Assembly: GCA_964504295.1 (NCBI GenBank)
Contig: CAZDEC010000007.1
Location: 664 to 64,663, forward strand
Origin: an uncultured Thioalkalispiraceae bacterium
Lineage (GTDB): Bacteria > Pseudomonadota > Gammaproteobacteria > UBA6429 > Thiohalophilaceae
Direction: 5' to 3'
DNA length: 64,000 nt
The translations under genes and the position numbers were made by a program. The notes under the pieces are model-generated. The model saw only the letters and a list, made by a program, of their open reading frames with translations. It ran no database searches and had not been told where the DNA came from. Of this stretch, positions 7,633-16,692 are shown piece by piece. The first letter of the stretch is position 1, and each line of letters begins with the position of its first letter.

Positions 7633-9087
7633 TTATGATGAGCAGCTAACACTAACCTGGCTTGCCCAATCTGGTGGCGTGCCTGCATAGTGTTTCATAT
7701 CAGTGTGTTCATCGAAGGGGGTCTGTAACAATGTGAAAATTTTATCTATTTCTGTATAGTCCTGTTGTTCAGCCTTTTCTATCGCAATTTGCGCCATATA
7801 GTTTCGCAGAATATATTTCGGGTTAATCTGTTGCATTAACTTTTGTTGAGTTGTGAAATTTAAATTAAGCGATAAAAAATGTTTTGTGTATTGCGTAGCC
7901 CAACTGTCAAAATTTTCACGTTCGACAAACATATCGTGTAAAGATGTGGTTTTTTTAGAACTTAATAATCTAAAGAATAAGGTGTAGTCAACATTAGATT
8001 GCTGCATTTGTAAAAGTAAATCGCCAATTAGTTGCTCAGACACTTTATCGGTTTTATCAAAGCCCAGTTTTTGAGTCATAAGTTCATTGTAATACTGAGT
8101 GTATAATCCCTGATAAGTATTTAATGCCGCTTGAGCCGCTTCTACATCGACTAGTGGCAACAGAGCCTGTGCCAGACAGCTCAGGTTAAATAATCCGATT
8201 TGTGGTTGATTCGCAAAGGCATATCGACCTTCATGGTCTGAATGGTTACAAATAAAATCCGGGTTATAATTATCTAAAAAACCAAACGGACCATAGTCAA
8301 GGGTTAAACCGAGTATCGACATATTATCGGTGTTCATGACACCATGGGCAAAACCAACCGACTGCCATTGGGCTATTAACTTAGCTGTTTTATCAACAGC
8401 AGTATTCAGTAAATTTATATAAGGATTAGTGGAATCGGAAAATTCCGGATAATGATGCTGAATAACAAAATCTGCCAGCGTTTTAATCTCATCGAATTGA
8501 TTTCGATAATAAAATATTTCAAACGAACCAAAGCGAATATGCGATGGTGCAAGTCGCGTGACAACTGCTGCAGTTTCAATATGTTCACGATAAACTTCGT
8601 CGTTATTACCGATTAAACATAAAGCCCGTGTGGTTGGAATACCTAAACCATGCATTGCTTCACTGCATAAATATTCACGGATACTTGAACGTAATACCGC
8701 CCGGCCATCGGCTCGCCGTGAATAGGGTGTCATACCGCTGCCTTTTAGTTGTATTTCCCATTTTTCACCGTGTTGGTTTGTGGTTTCACCTAACATAATG
8801 GCGCGCCCATCACCAAGCTGTTCGACATAATGACCAAATTGGTGGCCTGCATAGAGCATAGCGACAGGCTTAGATTGAGTAGGGCATTTTTCACCGCTAA
8901 AATATTTTATAAAATCCGGCTGAGATGATTCGGCTGGATCAAGGTCAAGTAATCGAGACGCGTTTGAATTAAAATGAATTAAATAACTAGCAGATTTAAA
9001 AGGACTGGGTTTAACTTCCGATGAGAATTTTTTACCTAGTTTTGCAAAAATATTACTAAATGGCAGGTTATCAACTGAATGCTTCAT
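7633..9087 (-). CDS. selO: Protein adenylyltransferase SelO (YdiU)
   Basis: Characteristic YAGHQFGHYVEQLGDGRAIMLGE, LKGSGMTPYSRRADGRAVLRSSIREYL and HGVMNTDNMSILGLTLDYGPFGF blocks. Confidence 0.9.
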   Translation of the reverse strand: MKHSVDNLPFSNIFAKLGKKFSSEVKPSPFKSASYLIHFNSNASRLLDLDPAESSQPDFIKYFSGEKCPTQSKPVAMLYAGHQFGHYVEQLGDGRAIMLGETTNQHGEKWEIQLKGSGMTPYSRRADGRAVLRSSIREYLCSEAMHGLGIPTTRALCLIGNNDEVYREHIETAAVVTRLAPSHIRFGSFEIFYYRNQFDEIKTLADFVIQHHYPEFSDSTNPYINLLNTAVDKTAKLIAQWQSVGFAHGVMNTDNMSILGLTLDYGPFGFLDNYNPDFICNHSDHEGRYAFANQPQIGLFNLSCLAQALLPLVDVEAAQAALNTYQGLYTQYYNELMTQKLGFDKTDKVSEQLIGDLLLQMQQSNVDYTLFFRLLSSKKTTSLHDMFVERENFDSWATQYTKHFLSLNLNFTTQQKLMQQINPKYILRNYMAQIAIEKAEQQDYTEIDKIFTLLQTPFDEHTDMKHYAGTPPDWASQVSVSCSS

Positions 9088-9198
9088 TGCGACACACTAA
9101 AATTAAAACCATATTTTAGTGTGAAAACTCTTTAAATGCTATCTTGATAAAACCAGAAATTTGTCGGGTTATGTATGAGTAACCCTGTAGAAGATAAG

Positions 9199-10629
9199 TT
9201 AAGGTGATGGTATTCCATTGTTACGTAAGTAAGCTAGGACGGTGGTTGACGTTAGTGACGTACCCCAAACAGCATTTAGAGATTTGGCAACAAATAGATC
9301 TCCTTTAGTAATGGGGGATGTATTACCTGGCGTAAACTCATACATTGAAATCGCTGAGTCACACATTTCAATTAAACGTGGAACCAGCCAGCTAACATCA
9401 CGCTTCTCTAGTTGATAAGTGTGAATATTACTAAAGAAAGTTTGCATATCGGTTTTACCATACGGGATATATAGTAGGCTTTGTCCTGCATTATTCAGTT
9501 TGTTAAATAGATAAGCGGTGCTAAAGGTTAAATGAATGGGGATGGTTACAAAGTTTCCAATTTGGCCATGCTCGGTTACAACGCTTGCCCAGGGTGCCTT
9601 ATCGAGTTGCTTGTACCAGAAACCCTCTACTAAAGCAGGATTCGTATTGGCAAAATTATGTGAGAACTTTGCTGGTAAAATGGTATCGCCATCATCGTGT
9701 GGGATAAGCATTGGCACACTTGCCAGGGCGGTCAGGTCGTCGAGGGTATAACCGCTGTAATTTGTATTGGGTGCTTTGCCGGTAGTGGCAAAAAAACGCC
9801 GAAGATAGGGATCATAAAACTGACTGTATTTTTTTAGAACGCTATTATCTGTAACCAATGCAGGTAGTTGGGTATTAATAAAATTGACCAGGCCAAAAAA
9901 ATCACTAACCGGGAACATGGCTACGGCGGCAGCCGGGCGAACGTCAACCGGTGCATTTAACGCTGCATATAAGGTTTCAAAGCCACCCCATGAGCCACCG
10001 ATAATGCCAATCTGGCTACGATCAACTTCATTTTGGGTAGCTAAAAAGCGCAGCCCGGCGATTACATCATCAATGTCATTTGCAACATTACCGCCGGCAT
10101 AGAAGCGGCCATAGGTGACCAGTACGCTGTAGTTGTTCCATAAATAAATAAAGGCTTCATCACCAATTTTGTTTGCATTGCTTAAGCTATAACAAGTTGT
10201 CGATGAGGTTTGGCTGTTGTAATCCGGCCCATCAACATCGGGCGCGCACATTGGAGGCAGGCCACCGGCTGTCATATAAGCATTAAAATCATTTGCCCAA
10301 CGGGTGTCGACGGCTTCCCCTGTCCAGTCTATGCCAGCATAGGGTTTTGTTAAAACAATAACAGGATGCGGGCCTGTGCCACTGGCCGGGTAATATTTGG
10401 CATAGGCATAACCGCCTGTTTTATTGGGTAGGCGCAGGTTTTGGTAAGCCCAGGTTTGATCAACTAAAGTATAAGTACCGGTTGATAAAACTTCACCGCT
10501 ATCGGCAAGTGGGGCTGGTGTGGGGTTAGTCGGTTGTGTTGCATTGCCGGGTGTTGAACCACCACCACAGGCACTAAGCGAGATCAAAGTGAATAATAAA
10601 AAAGAGTAAAGCTTAAAGTCCGTTTTCAT
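9199..10629 (-). CDS. Lipoprotein, alpha/beta-hydrolase (prolyl oligopeptidase / esterase-like) fold
   Basis: Signal peptide with lipobox LISLSAC-GGGS. Nucleophile elbow GGSWGG. Later HDDGD block. Confidence 0.65.
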   Translation of the reverse strand: MKTDFKLYSFLLFTLISLSACGGGSTPGNATQPTNPTPAPLADSGEVLSTGTYTLVDQTWAYQNLRLPNKTGGYAYAKYYPASGTGPHPVIVLTKPYAGIDWTGEAVDTRWANDFNAYMTAGGLPPMCAPDVDGPDYNSQTSSTTCYSLSNANKIGDEAFIYLWNNYSVLVTYGRFYAGGNVANDIDDVIAGLRFLATQNEVDRSQIGIIGGSWGGFETLYAALNAPVDVRPAAAVAMFPVSDFFGLVNFINTQLPALVTDNSVLKKYSQFYDPYLRRFFATTGKAPNTNYSGYTLDDLTALASVPMLIPHDDGDTILPAKFSHNFANTNPALVEGFWYKQLDKAPWASVVTEHGQIGNFVTIPIHLTFSTAYLFNKLNNAGQSLLYIPYGKTDMQTFFSNIHTYQLEKRDVSWLVPRLIEMCDSAISMYEFTPGNTSPITKGDLFVAKSLNAVWGTSLTSTTVLAYLRNNGIPSP

Positions 10630-10688
10630 TGGAATAAGCTAACATATTTTTAATAGATTGTAGTGTGACTTACGCTCGCTGCGGTCAT

Positions 10689-11867
10689 TTAAACATATTG
10701 CCAGGCACACCAGCCTGATGACCATGCCCATTGAAAATTGTATCCCCCCAGCCAGCCGGTCACATCTACAACTTCACCAATAAAATATAAACCGATATGG
10801 TTATTCGCCTGCATAGTTTTTGATGACAGTTGATTGCAATCGACTCCGCCCAGAGTCACTTCGGCAGTGCGGTACCCTTCGGTTCCATTGGGTTTGATTG
10901 ACCATTGCTGTAACTGGCTCACTACTTTTTGAATATCTTCTTTTGCTAGCGAGATTAATTTTGTATTTAGTACAGACTCTTTAATAAATAGGTTAACGAC
11001 ACGTTTTGGAAGATAATGGGTGAGCAGGGTTTTTAGTATTTGCTGAGGATGTGATTGTATTGCATTGTTAATTATTTTAAATAAGTCATCTGCGGGTAAT
11101 AAATTAATCGTAATAACTTTAGCTGGCTGCCAGTAAGATGATATTTGTAAAATAGCTGGGCCGCTTAAGCCGCGATGAGTAAATAAAATATTTTCTTTAA
11201 ATTGGGTATTATCAACCTGCACGGTACTGTTAATAGCAATACCCGATAAAGTTTCGAAGCGTTTTTTATCTTCAGGCTGCAATGTAAGAGGTACTAGCGC
11301 GGCCGATATATCAATAATATTTATTTTAAACTGCGTAGCAATTTTATAACCAAATGGTGTGGCACCCATTTTGGGAATGGATAAGCCACCTGTTGCAATA
11401 ACCAGGGATTCGCATCGGAAAGATTCGTTTTCTGTTTCGATTTTATAGCCCGCTTCAGCGGGCGATATTTTTTTAATCAAGGTATTAAGCTTAACCTCCA
11501 CTTTGACCTTATTCGCTTCCGCCAATAACATTGTTAAGATGTCCCGAGAACTGTTATCGCAAAATAACTGGCCATGGTCGCGTTCATGGTAGGCTATATT
11601 ATGTTTTTGTACCATTTCCTGAAAATGCCATTGGTTGTACCGACTAAGGGCGGACTTACAAAAATGTGGGTTATTTGAAATATAATTGTCGGCTTCAACG
11701 CTTAAATTGGTGAAGTTGCACCGGCCACCACCTGACATCAGTATTTTTTTACCGGGTTTATTAGCATGGTCTAGAATCGTAACCTGGCGGCCTCGTTTAC
11801 CGGCCTCAATCGCACACATTAAGCCTGCTGCACCGGCTCCAAGGATAATGACGTCTGTTTTTAACAT
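10689..11867 (-). CDS. HI0933/YhiN (BaiN/RdsA)-family NAD(P)/FAD-dependent oxidoreductase
   Basis: N-terminal DVIILGAGAAGLMCA, GRQVTILDH..KPGKKILMSGGGRCNFTN and C-terminal GGYNFQWAWSSG. Confidence 0.9.
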   Translation of the reverse strand: MLKTDVIILGAGAAGLMCAIEAGKRGRQVTILDHANKPGKKILMSGGGRCNFTNLSVEADNYISNNPHFCKSALSRYNQWHFQEMVQKHNIAYHERDHGQLFCDNSSRDILTMLLAEANKVKVEVKLNTLIKKISPAEAGYKIETENESFRCESLVIATGGLSIPKMGATPFGYKIATQFKINIIDISAALVPLTLQPEDKKRFETLSGIAINSTVQVDNTQFKENILFTHRGLSGPAILQISSYWQPAKVITINLLPADDLFKIINNAIQSHPQQILKTLLTHYLPKRVVNLFIKESVLNTKLISLAKEDIQKVVSQLQQWSIKPNGTEGYRTAEVTLGGVDCNQLSSKTMQANNHIGLYFIGEVVDVTGWLGGYNFQWAWSSGWCAWQYV

Positions 11868-11951
11868 CTTATTATTGTACGCTATTCTTCAAGTCGTCAC
11901 CTTTTCTAATTACAATCTGTATTCATCTTAATCTCATATACGGGTATAATA

Positions 11952-12386
11952 GTGCTTATGTCAGCTTCAGAATTTATTATCTTGTTTTTCCTGCTTGCGG
12001 GTATTTTTTATTGGGTTGATACTATTTTCGTTAAAGAAATTGCCACTCAGCACGGTAAGCAAAGATGCAAGGAATTAGGGGTTGCTTTCCTCGATGCAAC
12101 CGTCGAAATTACAAAAGTCAGGTTAAAGCGAAATGCAAGGGGAACGGTTAAGTTTAAGCGCGACTACAGTTTTGAATTTAGCAGTGATGGTGTCAGACGT
12201 TATACCGGTAATATCACGATGCTTGGAAAAATACTGGTTGATTTGGAAATGTCAGCTTATCCGGAAACAAATCGTAATACGTTGTCTTCTGAACAACAAA
12301 ATAAAACACATTATACAATTGATTCAACCGTGGTAGATATTAGTGAAGCAGCTAAAAAAAATAAACCACCCACTGAATTTAAATAA
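11952..12386 (+). CDS. Membrane-anchored hypothetical protein (DUF3301-like); start could be GTG 11952 or ATG 11958
   Basis: N-terminal TM helix followed by a basic domain. Family assignment is from memory only. Confidence 0.5.
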   Translation: MLMSASEFIILFFLLAGIFYWVDTIFVKEIATQHGKQRCKELGVAFLDATVEITKVRLKRNARGTVKFKRDYSFEFSSDGVRRYTGNITMLGKILVDLEMSAYPETNRNTLSSEQQNKTHYTIDSTVVDISEAAKKNKPPTEFK

Positions 12387-12398
12387 AGGAAAAATACG

Positions 12399-12965
12399 AT
12401 GCCTAAAGCGAGTGATTTAAAGCGCGGAGTTATTGTGGATATTAACGATGTGCCTCATGCTGTTAAAAAGGTAGAAGCAAAGAGCCCATCATCTCGTGGT
12501 GCGGTAACCTTATATAAAATTCGTTTTACAAATTTAAAAACAGGTAGAAAATTGGATGAATCGTATAAAGGCGATGATTTTCTAAAAAATATCGATTGTG
12601 TGCGAGCACCTGTTCAATATTCTTATATGGATGGTGAATCCTATGTTTTTATGAACATGGAAGACTACAGCCAATATAGTTTAAACCCTGATGAGATAGA
12701 AGATCAGAAGGACTATTTAACTGAAAGTCTGGAAGGTATTACTGCTTTATTGGTTGATGGGGAAGTACTTGGTATAGAATTACCTTCGACGGTCAGTTTA
12801 CAAATAACCGAGACTGCGCCGGGAATAAAAGGTGCAACAGCCTCAAGCAGAACAAAACCGGCAACACTCAGTACCGGCCTGGTAGTACAAGTGCCGGAGT
12901 ATCTGGAAAATGAAGAAGTGATAAAAATTAATACTGCTAATGGGAAGTTTATATCCAGGGCTTGA
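12399..12965 (+). CDS. yeiP: Elongation factor P-like protein YeiP/EfpL
   Basis: MPKASDLKRG..V...DVPH.V...E.KSPSSRGA.TLYK.RF.NL.TG.K block. 188 aa. Confidence 0.9.
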   Translation: MPKASDLKRGVIVDINDVPHAVKKVEAKSPSSRGAVTLYKIRFTNLKTGRKLDESYKGDDFLKNIDCVRAPVQYSYMDGESYVFMNMEDYSQYSLNPDEIEDQKDYLTESLEGITALLVDGEVLGIELPSTVSLQITETAPGIKGATASSRTKPATLSTGLVVQVPEYLENEEVIKINTANGKFISRA

Positions 12966-12971
12966 ATGTAT

Positions 12972-13144
12972 GTTTAACCACGGCGGCACGGCGAAAGAAC
13001 AAATAAATCGTTTGAGCAGTCATTGCGACGAACGATAGTGACGCGGCAATCTTTATGATATGAGAGGCATATTCAGCAAGATTGCCGCGCTATCGCTCGC
13101 AATGACAGGTAAAAGATGTTTTCGGCGTGCCGCCGTTGTTAAAC
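12972..13144. mobile_element. MITE-like element, family 1, with nested inverted repeats; no coding capacity
   Basis: Terminal inverted repeats GTTTAACCACGGCGGCACGGCGAAAG / GTTTTCGGCGTGCCGCCGTTGTTAAAC. Internal long hairpin GTCATTGCGACGAACGATAGTGACGCGGCAATC ... GATTGCCGCGCTATCGCTCGCAATGAC. A second copy is at 26331-26537. Confidence 0.6.
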
Positions 13145-13147
13145 TTT

Positions 13148-13483
13148 TTATCTATTCCTTAATGGCTCAAACAAATATTCTAAACCATTTACCTTAACTT
13201 CATACATAATCCCCAGCATTACACCGAGTTCACCTTTCGGGAAACCTTTGTTAGCAAACCAGACAACATAAGGCTCAGGCAAGTCTATAAGCAAGCGACC
13301 TTTGTATTTACCAAAGGGCATACGGTAGGCGGCGAGTTTTAATAATTGTTGAGGATCAGAAAGCAGAGAAGTCCCTTCTGCTAATGGTGATGCAGAAGGG
13401 GGGATATTATCAGGCAAAGCGTTCTTCGAGATATTGATTGATTTCAGACGATTCATACATCCAGGTAGCTTCGCCTTTTGCAT
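13148..13483 (-). CDS. DUF3820-family protein; start uncertain
   Basis: MPFGKYKGRLLIDLPEPYVVWFANKGFPKGELG block. The annotated 5' end overlaps the upstream glutaredoxin-like gene by 74 nt, so a downstream start (for example TTG near 13420) is likely. Confidence 0.7.
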   Translation of the reverse strand: MQKAKLPGCMNRLKSINISKNALPDNIPPSASPLAEGTSLLSDPQQLLKLAAYRMPFGKYKGRLLIDLPEPYVVWFANKGFPKGELGVMLGIMYEVKVNGLEYLFEPLRNR

Positions 13484-13796
13484 CGGTAATTTTCAGGCAA
13501 GGTACTGAAATTTTACCACCGTTTGCTAATAACTCGTTGCGTGCATCTAAATCATATTGCGCATCGAGCATTTCTATATTTAGAGATAATCTGCGAATCA
13601 TACGTTTTACTTTAATACAAAAAGGACAGGTGCTAAATTGATATAAGGTAAGACTTTTTGCTGCAGAATCAATTTGCTTTTGTTGTTCTTCCGGGCGTTG
13701 TACGCCTTTTGGCATGGTAATTAAGTTTAAAAATAAAATAATGGGTCCGAGAATAATTCGAATGGTCTTGAAAAAATATTTAAAAAAGAATCTCAT
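13410..13796 (-). CDS. Membrane-anchored glutaredoxin-family protein
   Basis: N-terminal TM helix, then LYQFSTCPFCIKVKR (CPFC redox motif) and a VPCL...W...S..I..YL glutaredoxin fold signature. Confidence 0.75.
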   Translation of the reverse strand: MRFFFKYFFKTIRIILGPIILFLNLITMPKGVQRPEEQQKQIDSAAKSLTLYQFSTCPFCIKVKRMIRRLSLNIEMLDAQYDLDARNELLANGGKISVPCLKITDAKGEATWMYESSEINQYLEERFA

Positions 13797-13900
13797 ATTA
13801 TACGTCCACTAAAGCCTTGAGTTAAGTTATTATAACTGCGGTATTTTAACAATTTGTCTGCATTTTATAAAGTGTATTTCGCGTAAATAATCCTTGAAAT

Positions 13901-14341
13901 ATGAGGCTAAATGATGTGGTTAATCCTAAAGTCATGACATTATCTAAATCTAGTAAGTGCCCTTGTAGAAGTGGCTTAAAATACAGAAAATGTTGTGGCC
14001 AGTACCTCAAGCAGGGTTCTATCCCTTTAACTGCTGAGACATTAATGCGCTCTCGCTATACGGCGTATGTTTCAGGAAATGAGGAATATCTCTTAAATTC
14101 ATGGCATAACTCAACACGCCCGACAGAACTTAATTTAGAGCAGGACGCCAGTGAATGGATAAAGCTGGAAGTGCTGGGTGTGCATGCAGGTAAGCCTAAA
14201 GATAATACAGCTACGGTTGAATTTATTGCCCATTTTAAGGTGCAAAACCAACGCCAACAGCTACATGAAGTAAGTCGGTTTATTAAAGAAGAAGGTCGCT
14301 GGTTTTATCTCGATGGTAATGTATCGAATGATACACCTTAA
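13901..14341 (+). CDS. ychJ: YchJ-family (UPF0225) protein with SEC-C metal-binding motif; true start probably ATG 13934
   Basis: CPCRSGLKYRKCCG SEC-C motif followed by an NTF2-like domain (LMRSRYTAYV...). Confidence 0.8.
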   Translation: MRLNDVVNPKVMTLSKSSKCPCRSGLKYRKCCGQYLKQGSIPLTAETLMRSRYTAYVSGNEEYLLNSWHNSTRPTELNLEQDASEWIKLEVLGVHAGKPKDNTATVEFIAHFKVQNQRQQLHEVSRFIKEEGRWFYLDGNVSNDTP

Positions 14342-15004
14342 ATGCAAATAAATGATGTCCCCATCTTATATTCTTTTCGGCGTTGCCCTTATGCTATGCG
14401 TGCAAGGATGGCCATTGTTGCCAGTGCGGTGGTGGTTGAATTAAGAGAAGTTCATTTAAGAGACAAGCCAACTCAAATGCTTGCAGCTTCACCAAAAGCC
14501 ACCGTGCCTGTTTTAGTTTTAGCCAATAAAACGGTTATTGATGAAAGCCTCGATATTATGACGTGGGCATTAGAACAAAATAATTCTATGTATTGGTTAG
14601 CAGGATATAGCAGCGAAGAGCAAACAAAAATATATAGCTTGATTGAAGAGAATGATACAAGTTTTAAACAACACCTGGATCATTATAAATATGCCGATCG
14701 ATTTACTGCTTATTCTGCCGAATATTATCGCGAACAGGGCGAGGCATTTTTGCAAAAACTTAATGTACGGTTACAGCAAACAGATTATCTTTTTGGTGAG
14801 AGCCTTTCACTTGCCGACATCGCTATTTTTCCTTTTATTCGCCAGTTTGCGCAGGTGGATAAAAACTGGTTTGATGAAAGTGAATATAAGTATTTACAGC
14901 GGTGGTTAGAAAATCTATTAATATCAGAAAATTTTAAATTATCGATGAAAAAGTTTGTTGCCTGGCAAGCAAATGATAAAACAGTGTTTCTTAACGATCT
15001 GTAG
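14342..15004 (+). CDS. Glutathione S-transferase-family protein
   Basis: LYSFRRCPYAMRARMA ... ATVPVL thioredoxin-like N-domain, plus a C-terminal helical domain (SLADIAIFPFIRQF). The ATG abuts the upstream TAA. Confidence 0.8.
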   Translation: MQINDVPILYSFRRCPYAMRARMAIVASAVVVELREVHLRDKPTQMLAASPKATVPVLVLANKTVIDESLDIMTWALEQNNSMYWLAGYSSEEQTKIYSLIEENDTSFKQHLDHYKYADRFTAYSAEYYREQGEAFLQKLNVRLQQTDYLFGESLSLADIAIFPFIRQFAQVDKNWFDESEYKYLQRWLENLLISENFKLSMKKFVAWQANDKTVFLNDL

Positions 15005-15141
15005 TGTATTTTGTCTGTTTTCTCCATCAATGGGTTAACCCATTGCCGATATTTCTCAAAAATATTAACCCATACGGGTAATGTATTTACTAAAATTTAT
15101 TGATAAAATCGGGTGTAAATTTATTTTAAGGATTAATAATA

Positions 15142-15765
15142 ATGAAACATTTACTGCTATCTCTTGTATTGTGGGTTGGTTTTGTTTTTAGTGCGACTGC
15201 GGCAACGATTGGTTCGTTAACCTATGACGAAAGTATTGCTGGCAATGAAGTAATAACGGACAGTTTGAATAATCTGGAATGGTTACGTTGGGATGTTTTC
15301 CTTGGTCTGGATTATGCCGATACAGTTGCCGCGATTTCTACGGGTGGCGCTTATGATGGCTGGAGTATTGCTGGAAATAACCAAGCACAACAGTTTGTCG
15401 ATGCGATCTTTGGTACAAATAATTGTACAGCATCAAACACCTTAATATGTGGTAATAGCTTGTCTCTTGGTCAGGTGACAGGGAATAATTATACCGTTTC
15501 TTCTGCTAACTATGCTTTTTTCTTATCGGATAATGGAACAGGTCAGGAAGTGGGTTTTCTTGGGTTAGTGAATAGTTCATTTAGCAAATCGAATGAATGG
15601 GGTTCGATAGTATTTGCCGATTCCAAAACATCAGGTTCAGTCACTGCTATCCCCTGGTTACTGTACCGTAATGCTCAAGGCGCTGTGGTTCCTGAGAGTT
15701 CATCAATTTTTATATTTGCTATTGGCCTGCTTGGTTTATTCGGTTTCGTAAGACGTAAGATTTAG
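15142..15765 (+). CDS. Secreted PEP-CTERM sorting-domain protein
   Basis: Signal peptide (…VFSATAAT). C-terminal VPESSSIFIFAIGLLGLFGFVRRKI, which is a PEP motif + TM helix + basic tail. Confidence 0.8.
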   Translation: MKHLLLSLVLWVGFVFSATAATIGSLTYDESIAGNEVITDSLNNLEWLRWDVFLGLDYADTVAAISTGGAYDGWSIAGNNQAQQFVDAIFGTNNCTASNTLICGNSLSLGQVTGNNYTVSSANYAFFLSDNGTGQEVGFLGLVNSSFSKSNEWGSIVFADSKTSGSVTAIPWLLYRNAQGAVVPESSSIFIFAIGLLGLFGFVRRKI

Positions 15766-15770
15766 TTTTA

Positions 15771-16202
15771 TTATTTGGCCGTAATCTCACGTATTTCTTT
15801 TTCCAGTGCATCAAGTTTATGGATAATATTGTCAGACATTTTTTGCAGGTCAGAAAAAAGAAGATTGGCTTTTGCAAGATTTTGTCGTTGTTGTTTTTTG
15901 TGATTGCCGGTTAACCGCGACAGAAAAGTATCTTTTTCAGGTTTAAACAGCAGGTGATAAATTTCGGCATAAATCCTATGTAGTTCGTTATGCGGGCCTT
16001 CTATGGAACGGTATGTTTGCAAATTTGTTAGTTGTCGGCCCTCTCGGTAATACCACTTACCAAAGACACAATCTGTCGGGAGAACAGGAATTTTTTCCTC
16101 ATCAACCGGCTTACCTTTCAGCAAAGCATGTGTGTGAGTGACCCAACCCAAGTGTGCTTTTTTAGCATCACGTAAATGTTTAATGATTTCTTTTTCGTTC
16201 AT
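15771..16202 (-). CDS. CZB (chemoreceptor zinc-binding) domain protein
   Basis: HLGWVTHTH...LPTDCVFGKWYY...GPHNELH pattern (His/Cys zinc ligands). Confidence 0.7.
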   Translation of the reverse strand: MNEKEIIKHLRDAKKAHLGWVTHTHALLKGKPVDEEKIPVLPTDCVFGKWYYREGRQLTNLQTYRSIEGPHNELHRIYAEIYHLLFKPEKDTFLSRLTGNHKKQQRQNLAKANLLFSDLQKMSDNIIHKLDALEKEIREITAK

Positions 16203-16307
16203 AGGATTCGCACCTTGTCTATTTATTAATACTTGAGTTAATTGTCTGATTTATTTGCGTCTTTAACAAGCTGTTATGGAATAATTTATAGAAAGCGCTG
16301 TACGGAT

Positions 16308-16357
16308 TAACCTGTATTAGGCCCCTGTTAACCTGTATTAGGCCCCTGTTAATCTGT
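16308..16357. repeat. 21-bp tandem repeat: TAACCTGTATTAGGCCCCTGT x2 plus a partial third copy
   Basis: Read directly: two perfect units (16308-16328, 16329-16349), then TAATCTGT. Confidence 0.9.
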
Positions 16358-16425
16358 TATATCGTGGTCTAAAATTATAGATGAGTAGAATAAAGTTGAT
16401 ATATTTTTTAGAGAGTAAGACATGA

Positions 16426-16506
16426 GCAGTCCCGGAATCTTTATCTATATTTCTGCTTGCTCTGGGTTTTTCAGGTTTATTTATTGCCGCAAAGCGCAGA
16501 CTGTAA
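16426..16506 (+). pseudogene. Orphan PEP-CTERM tail; remnant of a lost PEP-CTERM protein gene
   Basis: Hand translation in frame: (TGA)-AVPESLSIFLLALGFSGLFIAAKRRL-TAA. This is a complete PEP + TM + RR-type sorting signal, preceded by an in-frame stop with no upstream ORF body. Confidence 0.5.
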
Positions 16507-16533
16507 CTTTAATACAGAATTAATACATCAATG

Positions 16534-16555
16534 CCGCATCCGTGCGGGATTTTTT
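16534..16555 (+). terminator. Rho-independent terminator-like hairpin
   Basis: CCGCA-tccg-TGCGG followed by GATTTTT, 28 nt after the PEP-CTERM remnant stop. Confidence 0.55.
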
Positions 16556-16692
16556 ATCTGTAATAAATCAAAGATTGAGGGTTTACACTGATATGAGGCT
16601 GGTTTAGCTTTTTAATAAGCAGTGTAATCTGCTACAATCGCGCCCTGATTTAAGAACCCTCTTATTTCCTCCAATTCAAGTGGTACCGTACA

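Noticed and set aside
13410-13483. 74-nt same-strand overlap between the glutaredoxin-like and DUF3820 genes as a possible programmed overlap or frameshift
   Set aside because: It is more simply explained by a mis-called start for the DUF3820 gene. The conserved domain begins well downstream, and a TTG near 13420 is available.
16308-16357. Tandem repeats (here and at 36681-36720) as possible CRISPR arrays
   Set aside because: The units are directly adjacent with no spacers, are only 21 bp and 8 bp long, and there are no cas genes. They are simple tandem repeats.
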